This document shows positions 39,300-48,458 of a stretch of DNA of 64,000 bases, piece after piece. How positions within the stretch are numbered: the first letter of the stretch is position 1; each line of letters opens with the position of its first letter. The notes under the pieces are model-generated. The model was given only the letters and a program-made list of their open reading frames with translations, had not been told where the DNA came from and did not search any database. The position numbers and the translations under genes are program-made. The stretch spans positions 5,340-69,339 of the forward strand of contig CAYLIB010000004.1 in NCBI GenBank assembly GCA_964384035.1, given 5' to 3'. Source of the stretch: an uncultured Candidatus Saccharibacteria bacterium. Lineage in GTDB: Bacteria; Patescibacteriota; Doudnabacteria; UBA920.

Positions 39300-39385
39300 T
39301 TAGTTGTTACCACTTTTGAAGTGGTATTTTTTATTTTAGAATGTAATAGTGAAAGAAGTTTATTAAAAAAGGAAATAATAAAAAT

Positions 39386-39766
39386 ATGGTAAAAGGGAAT
39401 TATGTGGATGGGTTTGTGTTTTCGGTGCCTAAGGATAAAAAGTCTGATTACATGAAAATGGCTAAAGAGGCTAGCGCAGTTTGGAAGAAGTTTGGGGCGC
39501 TGGAATATAAAGAGTGTGTGGGTGACGACCTTGCGCCGGATTCCCAGGGTATGAAGGCTTGGAGTTTTCCGGCTATGGCTAAAACTAAACCTACGGAAGA
39601 AGTTTGGTTTTCGTTTATTGTTTTTAAATCGCGTGCACATCGCGACGCCGTAAATAAAAAAGTTATGGCGTTTTTTGCAAAGAAGTATGGTGATGAAATG
39701 GCAGCTATGCCATTCGATATGAAACGTTTTTCTTATGGTGGGTTTAAAGTAGAGGTTGGGGCATAG
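39386..39766 (+). CDS. DUF1428 (YbaA-like) protein
   Basis: YVDGFVFSVP, GALEYKECVGDD, FKSRAHRDAVNKKVM, MPFDMKRFSYGGF. Confidence 0.92.
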   Translation: MVKGNYVDGFVFSVPKDKKSDYMKMAKEASAVWKKFGALEYKECVGDDLAPDSQGMKAWSFPAMAKTKPTEEVWFSFIVFKSRAHRDAVNKKVMAFFAKKYGDEMAAMPFDMKRFSYGGFKVEVGA

Positions 39767-39796
39767 TTTATATTTTAGGAAGATTGGAACTAATTT

Positions 39797-40537
39797 ATGG
39801 ATTTTGAAAGACCTGATATAGCTACGTTTAATAATATTGAGAGAAATTATCCGGGGAATGACTCAGAGCTTTTAATAAATAGATTGCATAATCCGGACAT
39901 AAAGAAACAGATGTGCGATTTGATGTTTAGGTTAGGGCAGCGAAACCTTGAGCCGTCCTCGTATGAATTTTACGAACATGCTTATGATGTAAATTTGAAT
40001 AACCTTAAAAATTTTACAGAGCTTGATTTTGATTCAGGTGCACAGCATCGTGTTACCGCTATGGCGCTTCATTCGAAAAATCCTACTTCGGGTGAAAAGT
40101 ATACAGAAAAACAGTTGAGTGCCATTGAAGCGCATGAAAAAGGTCACGCGATAAGGAGATTCAATGGTCCGCAGTTTGACGAATATTTTAGAGCTGGGTT
40201 GGATATATCTAAAGTAAGATTTTCGGATGAAACCATTTGGGAAGCAAAGAAGATTCTTTCACCAACATACCCAGAAGATATGCCGGATGATTTGGTCTTA
40301 CATGAATTGTATGATTATTTTTTTTCTGGAATGGAGATAGCAGAACGAATGAATCAGTTAAAGAATTATTTTGGTTTTAGAGGTACTGAACAATTTACTA
40401 AAATACATTTAGAGATTGCTAGAGAACACTACGTTTCCGATATGGGTTTTGATAACTATATGTCATATTTTTTAAGTGCTATAACTCCAGAGAAGGAAGA
40501 TAAATTTTTGGAAATAATAAATAATTCAGGTATATGA
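39797..40537 (+). CDS. Hypothetical protein with HExxH metallopeptidase-like motif
   Basis: IEAHEKGH; EIAERMNQLKNY. Confidence 0.65.
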   Translation: MDFERPDIATFNNIERNYPGNDSELLINRLHNPDIKKQMCDLMFRLGQRNLEPSSYEFYEHAYDVNLNNLKNFTELDFDSGAQHRVTAMALHSKNPTSGEKYTEKQLSAIEAHEKGHAIRRFNGPQFDEYFRAGLDISKVRFSDETIWEAKKILSPTYPEDMPDDLVLHELYDYFFSGMEIAERMNQLKNYFGFRGTEQFTKIHLEIAREHYVSDMGFDNYMSYFLSAITPEKEDKFLEIINNSGI

Positions 40538-41019
40538 CAGAAGAGAATAGATTTGGTGATTCTAATGAGGGTAGATATATTGATGTTAATGAGTTGGTTG
40601 AATCTGCAAGAAATAGATTGTTTGTTAAGGTAAGTCAGGGTTCAAGTGAGGAGTCCATAAGGGCAACCCTGGGAAAGGAAAAATCTAGGATTAGTATATT
40701 GGTAAATGCTGAAGGGGTTATCTTTATTAGTGATTCTGATCATTCAGATATTAAGAACAAAGACGAAGTTAAGAGGTATTATTCTATGGGGTCGCTACAG
40801 TTTACCAAAGGTGTTCTTACTCATTCCTGGTTGAATCGGGACATAGATATTTTACTTATTCGTTCAGACCTGGGTTCTTATAGTTATGTTGGTAATTCGG
40901 CTAGGGATAATGAACTTAGGAGGTCGGTAATTTCTAAAGTGCAAGATGAGTTGCGTGAAATATATCCAGAGATATATTTTTCTCCAGAAGTGTTATTGCA
41001 AGATTGGAGAAACGGCTAG
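40534..41019 (+). CDS. Hypothetical protein
   Basis: 161-aa ORF overlapping previous stop (ATGA). Confidence 0.6.
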   Translation: MTEENRFGDSNEGRYIDVNELVESARNRLFVKVSQGSSEESIRATLGKEKSRISILVNAEGVIFISDSDHSDIKNKDEVKRYYSMGSLQFTKGVLTHSWLNRDIDILLIRSDLGSYSYVGNSARDNELRRSVISKVQDELREIYPEIYFSPEVLLQDWRNG

Positions 41020-41159
41020 TGTGATAATTGGCAGATCTAAGTTGTTATTTTTATTTTAGATAAAGGGGAAAATATTTTTTTGGGGATTTGTATGCTGGAT
41101 TTTTGAGTTTTCCACTTTTTTAGACTTGAATTCCTTTTAGGGGGGAGTATAGTAAAAGT

Positions 41160-41328
41160 AGAAAGGAAAGATTATAGATGAATAAGGCGCACCAGAGCTT
41201 CGGCTAACCCTTTTGGGTAAGTACAAGGCACTTAAGCCTATTGTCTAGAAGACTATTAACCCACAATATGAGTAAGACCGAAGCAATATAGCAGACCTGC
41301 ATTTATATGTTGAATGCAGGTCTGTTTT
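41160..41328 (+). ncRNA. Candidate stand-alone small transcript (structured RNA or interrupted micro-ORF)
   Basis: TTGAAT-16-TATAGT upstream; gcttcgg/ccgaagc closing stem; 13-bp terminator stem at 41291-41328. Confidence 0.35.
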
Positions 41329-41445
41329 ATTTACAAAGGGTTGGAAAAATGTTATATTGAAACGTTTTTGGAAGATCTTTTAGGTTTTGGGCTGGGTTTT
41401 TGCCTAGTCTTCGATACTTATACTACAAAAACTAGGAGGAATAAG

Positions 41446-41676
41446 ATGTTTATTATCATCTGTGCGATCACGACAATATTGGGTGCTTTAATAGGGGCAC
41501 CTTACGACCATGCAGGTTATGGGGCTTTGGCTGGCTTCGCCGTTGGTGTGGTTTTTTCGGCTATGGCATGGGCTTTTGGTTTTGGTTGTGCTACCGAATG
41601 CTGTCTTGAGACAGCTGATGTGGCTGTTTCGAGTGGGTCTGTAGACTGCGATCCCCCAGACTGTGGAGACTGTTAA
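41446..41676 (+). CDS. Small two-TM protein with Cys/Asp-rich tail (SD-led)
   Basis: tAGGAGGaataag-ATG at 41446; ends CATECCLE...DCDPPDCGDC. Confidence 0.65.
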   Translation: MFIIICAITTILGALIGAPYDHAGYGALAGFAVGVVFSAMAWAFGFGCATECCLETADVAVSSGSVDCDPPDCGDC

Positions 41677-42077
41677 TGAAATCTTTATTGATAAGGTTAC
41701 TCAAGAAGATTTATTTGTACGCAAAGTGCGTTTATGCGAATAAGGTGACTTTATTTGGTTGGGTTTTCTTGGTCTTGGGTATTTCTATCTTGTTTCGCGG
41801 TATTAGGCATCCATTTTCAAGCGAATTTGCTGAGGCTGGTTTGATTTCAGAATTGGTTATTGCTTCTACCCTCCTAGTAATTACTAAACTAGGGATTGGG
41901 ACAATTAAATCTTATGTAAGGTCATATAAAGCCTTTCGTAAGAGAGTCGCTAGGGGTAAAGAGCTGAATCATTTTGAGATAATACCACGTAAAAGTTATT
42001 GTGGTTACGTAGGTATGAAATTGGCCTTGCAGGATGTACTATTGCGTGTGAAGAGGAAAAAAGAACATAGGGCTTGA
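41676..42077 (+). CDS. Membrane protein, basic
   Basis: TAATG coupling with upstream gene; GGAG upstream; two TMs. Confidence 0.6.
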   Translation: MKSLLIRLLKKIYLYAKCVYANKVTLFGWVFLVLGISILFRGIRHPFSSEFAEAGLISELVIASTLLVITKLGIGTIKSYVRSYKAFRKRVARGKELNHFEIIPRKSYCGYVGMKLALQDVLLRVKRKKEHRA

Positions 42078-42153
42078 AAAAGTCTTTTTTATTTGCAAAA
42101 AATTTTGAAAAGGTGTAAATTTTATTTTTTGTACAAATAACTAGGAGGTTTGT

Positions 42154-42456
42154 GTGAGAAATTTTTTGTCGAAAATGTGGGGAATTCCTGAAGAGCTTTA
42201 TAAGCCTATTCCAAGAAAGGGGCATTTCCTTCTTTGGGGGGCCGTGTGGCTAGTGACAGGTGTGGGTATGATGTTGGCTTCGGTTTTTTTAACAAGTAAT
42301 GTTGTATTCGCGCAAATCGCATTTGTGTTGGGGTTGCTTGTAACTGTGTTCATGGGGATGGCTGGCTTATGTATGTATAGTTGTCATTCCCTTATAGAAG
42401 AAAGCAGGTACAATGAAAGGATGAGATTGCGTGAGGATCATATTCCTTGGCATTAA
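42154..42456 (+). CDS. Two-TM hypothetical protein (SD-led)
   Basis: tAGGAGGTttgt-GTG. Confidence 0.65.
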   Translation: MRNFLSKMWGIPEELYKPIPRKGHFLLWGAVWLVTGVGMMLASVFLTSNVVFAQIAFVLGLLVTVFMGMAGLCMYSCHSLIEESRYNERMRLREDHIPWH

Positions 42457-42499
42457 GAATATACAAATAGACTTGACCTAAAAGTGTTTGGAGGCAAGT

Positions 42500-42841
42500 C
42501 TAATTTTTTATTTCTAGTGTTAGCCAGTTATAATACTCTTTATTTATGTGTAAGAATTCGTGAGCACTTATAAAGGGGACTTTGTCAGAGTGGTATTTTT
42601 GAACTATGTGTTCAGCCATGCGTAGGTGTTTACTAAATGTATAGAAAATTAGAAAACAGCCTTTGGCTGTTTTTACTTTTCCTTTTTTTGGTGGCCAATA
42701 GTAGAGGGTTTTGAATCTTGGAAGAATATCTGTACATGCGGCGATTCGGTTTTTAAGTAATTGCTTGGCTATTCTTTCTGCTTCTTTGGTGTTATTGCAG
42801 CTCGTTGTTACTTGAATTACTTTGTGTGAAATTAGGGACAT
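42500..42841 (-). CDS. cutA: Divalent-cation tolerance protein CutA
   Basis: EAERIAKQLLKNRIAAC, YYWP, HSDKVPFI. Confidence 0.85.
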   Translation of the reverse strand: MSLISHKVIQVTTSCNNTKEAERIAKQLLKNRIAACTDILPRFKTLYYWPPKKGKVKTAKGCFLIFYTFSKHLRMAEHIVQKYHSDKVPFISAHEFLHINKEYYNWLTLEIKN

Positions 42842-42847
42842 GGCGGT

Positions 42848-43165
42848 TTATTCTGCTATATAAAAAATAGGTAGTTCGGTTTGAGGGAGTTCTGCTACTT
42901 CAAATTTTTCTACAGAAGACCAAGCAGGAGAGTTACGACACCAGTTAACTAGTTCTTCTAGATATTCCTTTCTGCCTTGTGCTTCGAAATATACCGTAGT
43001 TTTATCAGATTCGTTTTTTACGAAACCCATTAAATGTAAGTCGTGAGCTTTGTGCATAATAGCTTGCCTTAGGCCTACACCTTGAACAAGCCCAGTAAGC
43101 TTAACTGCTATATGACGTTCTTCAACGCGTTCGGTTGGTTTATTGTGGGAGTGATTTTCTATCAT
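42848..43165 (-). CDS. acyP: Acylphosphatase
   Basis: GLVQGVGLR, GFVKN, SPAWSSVE. Confidence 0.9.
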   Translation of the reverse strand: MIENHSHNKPTERVEERHIAVKLTGLVQGVGLRQAIMHKAHDLHLMGFVKNESDKTTVYFEAQGRKEYLEELVNWCRNSPAWSSVEKFEVAELPQTELPIFYIAE

Positions 43166-43878
43166 TTTAGGAGTTGGTAGTTGTTAAGTTTATAAATTAC
43201 ATCTTTTCTTTCTACGACTATTGTCCATTTATTTTTTTGTGCTATTTTGGCTAGTTCTAAATTTGGATTAAAGGCTATGGGCTTTCCTACGGATTCCAGT
43301 AACGGTAGATCGCTTGTTGTATCTCCTATGGCCGTGCTTGCTTTCCAGTTTACGTTTAAGTGTTGTGCTTCTACATATTCTTTTAAAGTTTTGAATTTAT
43401 CTTCGTCGCCAATCTTTATAACTCCACCGGTGAATTTGCCATTCTCTACCACAAAATGCGAACCGAAACTAGCGTTGAATTTTAAGAGTTCGGCAAATTT
43501 AGATACAAGAAAATATGGAGAGCCGGAAACAGCGACTAAGTGGAAATTATTTTTTTTAAATTCTTTTACTAAATTTCGTGTGTATATGTATTGCCTGTCG
43601 CCTTGTTCTTCGATAATTTTACTACTAACTTTTAAAATTTCTTTTTCGCTTTTCTCGGGAATGTATTTCATAAATACATTAATAAGCTGGGTGAGGTATT
43701 TGGGGTAACTGCCTTTGCGGTCTAACCAATTTTGGTAGTCGAATTCTATTTCCTTGCCGGCTTGTTTTGGGAAAATACCCTCACGTACCAGTGAGTGAAT
43801 TAGTTCGACTGCGAGGCTGGAACGAAAAATGGTGCCATCGATATCGAAAACTGCTATCTTTATAGTAGATGCTTTCAT
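43162..43878 (-). CDS. HAD-IB phosphoserine-phosphatase-like hydrolase
   Basis: FDIDGT, VSGS, GDTTSDLPLL, AFNP. Confidence 0.9.
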   Translation of the reverse strand: MKASTIKIAVFDIDGTIFRSSLAVELIHSLVREGIFPKQAGKEIEFDYQNWLDRKGSYPKYLTQLINVFMKYIPEKSEKEILKVSSKIIEEQGDRQYIYTRNLVKEFKKNNFHLVAVSGSPYFLVSKFAELLKFNASFGSHFVVENGKFTGGVIKIGDEDKFKTLKEYVEAQHLNVNWKASTAIGDTTSDLPLLESVGKPIAFNPNLELAKIAQKNKWTIVVERKDVIYKLNNYQLLK

Positions 43879-43923
43879 AGAGTCATTTTACTTGAAACCA
43901 AGACAAAAATGTAGGAGGGGATT

Positions 43924-44385
43924 ATGTATTCTATTAAATCGCGATTGGTTATGGGGGAAATGGTGTTGCCAACGTGGATATCTACCAGTAGGGATTTAGG
44001 TAATGTTCTTATGGACAAAGGGGTGGAGAAGGATGATATATATTGGCAAGCATTGCCAGTGGTAGGAAGTATACCTCAAAAAGCACGAGCTGAAATTCCC
44101 TTTGTAACTACGGATAGCGGTGTATTCGTGGAGATTAAGAGACTTGGAAATGTGCAGTTCTGGTTAAACGGTCCTAGGCTTATTCTCGATACAGAGAATT
44201 TGAAACAAATGGGGGTAATGTTGGATTCGAGGTGCGGGATGCTTGCGAGTACAGCTGATTGGCAAATCGAGGTAAAGATTTTAGATATCGTGTCGGCAAG
44301 TTTATCCGCTCATTGCTTCCATACGAAACCTACTATTTTAGGACATCCATCCAATTGCTTTATAGCTAAGTTAATTAAATCTTAG
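43924..44385 (+). CDS. Hypothetical protein (SD-led)
   Basis: tAGGAGGGgatt-ATG; terminator acccaattttgttgggtttttt. Confidence 0.6.
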   Translation: MYSIKSRLVMGEMVLPTWISTSRDLGNVLMDKGVEKDDIYWQALPVVGSIPQKARAEIPFVTTDSGVFVEIKRLGNVQFWLNGPRLILDTENLKQMGVMLDSRCGMLASTADWQIEVKILDIVSASLSAHCFHTKPTILGHPSNCFIAKLIKS

Positions 44386-44459
44386 TTTACCCAATTTTGT
44401 TGGGTTTTTTAATTAATTATAACCATTGCGAAAATAGCTTAAATTGTTATTGTGCGCAG

Positions 44460-45325
44460 TTATTTTCTGACTTGTTTTTGAGTATTTATAAGAACGTTTA
44501 AAAGATTGGCTCTTTCAGTATTCGGAACATTTGCTAATTGTAGTTCTGGTGAATGTTAATCTTCATATTCATATTCTCGTTGTGCATCATGGGCAGTACT
44601 AGATTCAGAATTAATTTGTGAAAATTTATTTATAAAGCCAGTAACTCGTGGTGCTTCTAGGTCCTTAAATTTTTTGGAATGTAGAACGTCCCGGTGTATA
44701 AAACCTACTTCGTTTAATGTTCTTTTTATGATTGTCTTGTCGTATTGTTTTGTGAATAGCGCAGAAAGGCCGTCGATGAGTTTGTGATTTTTTGGATTTT
44801 ATCAACTGCTACTAAAAATTTATTATTTACCTCGGTTTCGTATTCTTCGGGAGAATTTTCCGGATATAAGTCTAGGAATTTTAGAAACTCGTAAAGTTTG
44901 CGACCTGCTTTGTTTTTTACAGATTTGGGTGCTTCTCGTTCAAGAACAGAAAAATCTGGGTTGGAGTTATTGGCTTCAGATTTAGAACAGTTGAAAAGCT
45001 TTTCTAGGTGTCTCGCTGGTCTAGAGTTTCCTCAGAGTAGAGGAATTAGTTGTTGCCATGAATGACCGTTTAGTTCACGCGGGAGTCTTGGGTTCTCTTT
45101 AAAATTAACGCTAATTATTTCTGGTAATTGAACATATTCGAAAGAGTCGGGTAGTTTACGAAGTTCAAGTGGAGTATCGGATCCTGCTCGCTCACGAAAA
45201 ATATCGATAAGAGTCGCTTCCGCTACTTGCCTTTGTTCTTTTTGTGATTCTTGTGTTTCGGGTTGTGTATTTATTTCTACTAGATCTGCGCCTTCAGGCC
45301 CGGATTTGTAACCTTTTTTATTCAT
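44460..45325 (-). pseudogene. Degraded hypothetical gene
   Basis: Frame continues past TGA at 45032-45034 (GNSRPARHLEKLF...); apparent frameshift in an A-run near 44790; further TAA at 44556 with open frame to 44460. Confidence 0.6.
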
Positions 45326-45565
45326 ACGCGTGGGCTAATTATACCAGGCAAAATTTTGAATAAGAATAAAAAATTATCTTATCTTTGAAGAGTTTAAATT
45401 GTATAAAAGATTTTTATATTATTTACTTATCAATGAAAAAGAAAAAAATTACAAAGGAGAATAGTTTTTACAAGAAAAAGTTGAGTGTTTTTTTATGGAC
45501 AGAATCTCTGGTTTATGCTAGAGTGCGCTTTAAAATCTTGAAATTTAGAAAGGAGGGAAACTGAA

Positions 45566-46627
45566 ATGTATTCGCATTTGTTTTTTCGAATGAGTAAACG
45601 ATTTCAGCGGTATGTGCAACGCTCGGGTTGGCTTGTGCTTTTCTTGCCGCTACTGGGAACTTTCGTCATTGGCGCGGTTTTTATGCCGATGATCGAGAAA
45701 ACGGGAACGCTTCAGTCTTTCAATAACTATTGGTGGTGGTTTTGGGTTACCATACTAACCATTGGGTACGGCGATGTTTATCCGATAACGATTCCTGGTA
45801 AACTTCTAACTATAGTAATTTGCACCATTGGCCTGTGTACTGCTGGTGCGATTATAAACAAGCTTGGTCAGGCTTGGGAATACAGAGGGAGGTTAAGATT
45901 TATGGGACTTGCACAACTTAAACTTAAAGACCACATTGTTATTTATGGTTGGCGGGAAGAGGAAACACAGTTGCTGGTTGCAGAACTCTTGGCAGACCAA
46001 AAGGAGCATGAGCAAAAAGAAATCGTGCTGTGTTCTGCAAGCCAGACTACTAACCCCATGCCTGATTTGGTTGAATTTGTACATGGTACGCTTGCTTCTA
46101 ATGAAGTTATCCAGAAGGCGTGCGTTGCGGATGCAAGCATGGTAATAATTCATGCGTCTGAAGACGAAAAGTCTGTCTTGGCTACGCTCAAGGTTTGCAA
46201 AGTTAACTCTACTGCGCGGATTATTGTAAAGCTTGACGACCCGCAATTTCAGGAGCACCTCCATGTAGTCTCCAGTCGGATTGAATGTTCGCTGCCCCTT
46301 AGCGTTGCGCTCATAGCACAGGAAGCAAAGATGCCGGGAATTATAAAGCTTATGAGAGGCATGGTTGCTCTGGGGGAAGAGGATGAACTTCATTCGGTGA
46401 CAGTACCGGAGTGGGTGAGGGCTTTTAAGTACAAACATTTTCGAACGATCCTTATGGATGAGCTGGAGGGGTTGGCTCTGGGTATTGGGTTTACAGAAAA
46501 TGGAAGCCTAAGAGTAGTAAACCGTCCAACAGGAAATACTTTAGTAGAACCAGGGACACTAATTTACTACCAAGCCGAGAAGCCTCTTACTAAAAAGCAA
46601 ATAGAGGATATTTTCGCTAGGGTCTAA
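45566..46627 (+). CDS. Two-TM potassium channel with RCK/TrkA-N domain (SD-led)
   Basis: Pore helix and filter WWWFWVTILTIGYGD; DHIVIYGW Rossmann start; AAAGGAGG SD; TGGACA-17-TAGAGT promoter. Confidence 0.9.
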   Translation: MYSHLFFRMSKRFQRYVQRSGWLVLFLPLLGTFVIGAVFMPMIEKTGTLQSFNNYWWWFWVTILTIGYGDVYPITIPGKLLTIVICTIGLCTAGAIINKLGQAWEYRGRLRFMGLAQLKLKDHIVIYGWREEETQLLVAELLADQKEHEQKEIVLCSASQTTNPMPDLVEFVHGTLASNEVIQKACVADASMVIIHASEDEKSVLATLKVCKVNSTARIIVKLDDPQFQEHLHVVSSRIECSLPLSVALIAQEAKMPGIIKLMRGMVALGEEDELHSVTVPEWVRAFKYKHFRTILMDELEGLALGIGFTENGSLRVVNRPTGNTLVEPGTLIYYQAEKPLTKKQIEDIFARV

Positions 46628-46676
46628 CTTTACTACTATAGTTGCACTTGCAACTTGAGTGGTAAAGTTTTTTTAT

Positions 46677-46722
46677 TTGACAGATTTTTGGGAAAGATTA
46701 TAATGTGTATATCTTACACTAA
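46677..46722 (+). promoter_or_regulatory. nrtR promoter with overlapping NrtR operator
   Basis: TTGACA-16-TATAAT; palindrome aatGTGTA-tatct-TACACtaa (46702-46722) fits NrtR GT-N7-AC. Confidence 0.8.
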
Positions 46723-46737
46723 GTAATAAATTTAGTA

Positions 46738-47412
46738 ATGACAAAGATTTTAAAAAAGTATAAACATGCTGTTATTGCAACCGATGTTGTAATTTTTACG
46801 GTGGATGAAAATAAGCTTAAAGTGTTACTGATTTCTATGAAGAAAGCTCCCTTTTCTGGGAAACTGGCTATTCCGGGTGGGTTAGTATTGGGAGATGAAT
46901 CTATAGACCAAGGAGCCGAGCGAATACTTCGTGAGAAGGCGGGTATAGAGAATGTATATTTGGAACAGTTGTATACATTTGGAAAAGTAGATAGGGATCC
47001 GTTTGGTAGGGTGGTCTCTGTGGCTTACTTTGCACTGCTTCCCAATACCCATGTCCAACTAAAGACCACCACGGAATATTCGGGGATTGGGTGGTATGAT
47101 GCTCGTAATTTACGAGGGTTGGCTTACGACCACGATGAAGTTTTAAGGACTGCAATTGAGAGGCTTAAGAATAAGATAGAGTATACGAACGTGGTTTATA
47201 GTCTGTTACCAAAGGAGTTTACTTTGACTGAGCTACAGAAAGTCTATGAAGTTATTTTGGATAGACGCTTGGATAAACGAAATTTTAGGAAAAAGCTTCA
47301 GGAAACGAAAATGCTTAAGAAGTTGGCTAAAAAGCAAAAAGATTCCGCGCATAGACCTGCTGAGCTTTATTCTTTTGTTAAAAAAACTATAACTAGAGTT
47401 CAAATGTTATAA
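46738..47412 (+). CDS. nrtR: Nudix-related transcriptional regulator
   Basis: ATDVVIFT, PGG, YLEQLYTFG..RDP..RVVSVAYFAL, LAYDH; wHTH FTLTELQKVYE, DKRNFRKK, HRPAELY. Confidence 0.93.
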   Translation: MTKILKKYKHAVIATDVVIFTVDENKLKVLLISMKKAPFSGKLAIPGGLVLGDESIDQGAERILREKAGIENVYLEQLYTFGKVDRDPFGRVVSVAYFALLPNTHVQLKTTTEYSGIGWYDARNLRGLAYDHDEVLRTAIERLKNKIEYTNVVYSLLPKEFTLTELQKVYEVILDRRLDKRNFRKKLQETKMLKKLAKKQKDSAHRPAELYSFVKKTITRVQML

Positions 47413-47614
47413 GTTAGGCAATAAATTGGTTGATGCGTCAATATTGACATTTTGGGTAAATTTTAGAAGAATATGCGGTATTTTGTTTCTGTTTCTGGCT
47501 TGAGAATTGGGGCCAAGGAAAATGCTAGGCCCTAAGTCTCTTGCTTGAAAAACCCTACGTGGGTGGCTCAGGCAGGAATGCACATATCAAAAGAATAGGA
47601 GGTTTAGTAGCCAA

Positions 47615-48454
47615 ATGAAAAGGATTACCAGTCCTAGTGGCGTGGTATACGAAGTTGATACTGATCTTCCTTTGGGTGAGACTGCAAACTTCAGAATGTA
47701 CGTTTGCAAAATACCCGATGGACGGATTGGCGTGCTTAAGTGCGCTGTCTCCATTGAGCAGAATGGGCTCCTTGACCGTGAAGCTTTCTTGCTTCGGCAG
47801 ATGACCGAGGAAGCAGAGCGACGGGAAAAGGTTTACCAGGCTCTCAAACCGGGGGCGGTGGCGCTCAACTATCATCTCTGTTTTCCAAGCCTTGTGGAGA
47901 GTTTTGTTTCGAATGACCAAGGTGGTCGACGGATTAACGTTATTGGATTCTTTGGAATCTGTGATGACCAAAGAGATTTGGTGCCGTTGGCCCATGTGGT
48001 GACTCGCGATAATGCTCGGGTAGACCCGAAAACAAGCGCGTGGATTCTGGGCAAGGCGCTCAAGAGTCTCGATTTCGCACACTCTCAGGGGATTGAACTC
48101 TCCTGGGTAGACGGCGAGAATATCTTGATTAATCGTGATGACCACTTTGTCGCGTTTTTCGATTGGAGTGCGGCTAAGGTACATCCTGATGGTAGTGTTC
48201 CAAAGGCGATTGTGCGGATCGAGATTTCTAAAATCGCTTCCGCTGTTCTATTCGCCTTGGGTGCAAGCGAAATTGGGATAATTCCACCAAGCGATCAACT
48301 CCCAGATGGTCGTTATGAAGACTTTCTGGTTTCCCTTTCCCGTGGTGCATTTAGCGAAGCGGGTCAGGCACATGCGAGATTCTATGAGCTTGTTGATTCC
48401 CTCTGGGGTCGCAAGTTTCATCCCTACACAACGTTTGAACTGACAGGAGAATAA
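47615..48454 (+). CDS. Ser/Thr-kinase-like protein, probable pseudokinase (SD-led)
   Basis: VLK Lys; LDREA alphaC Glu; AWILGKALKSLDFAHSQGI; ENILI; FFDWS; no HRD. Confidence 0.75.
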   Translation: MKRITSPSGVVYEVDTDLPLGETANFRMYVCKIPDGRIGVLKCAVSIEQNGLLDREAFLLRQMTEEAERREKVYQALKPGAVALNYHLCFPSLVESFVSNDQGGRRINVIGFFGICDDQRDLVPLAHVVTRDNARVDPKTSAWILGKALKSLDFAHSQGIELSWVDGENILINRDDHFVAFFDWSAAKVHPDGSVPKAIVRIEISKIASAVLFALGASEIGIIPPSDQLPDGRYEDFLVSLSRGAFSEAGQAHARFYELVDSLWGRKFHPYTTFELTGE

Positions 48455-48458
48455 GCAG

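Noticed and set aside
45032-45034. TGA read as Gly (code 25) to explain the read-through frame
   Set aside because: glmS ends in TGA exactly after its conserved SVTVE terminus and long genes have no internal TGA; this gene also has other lesions, so pseudogene is simpler.
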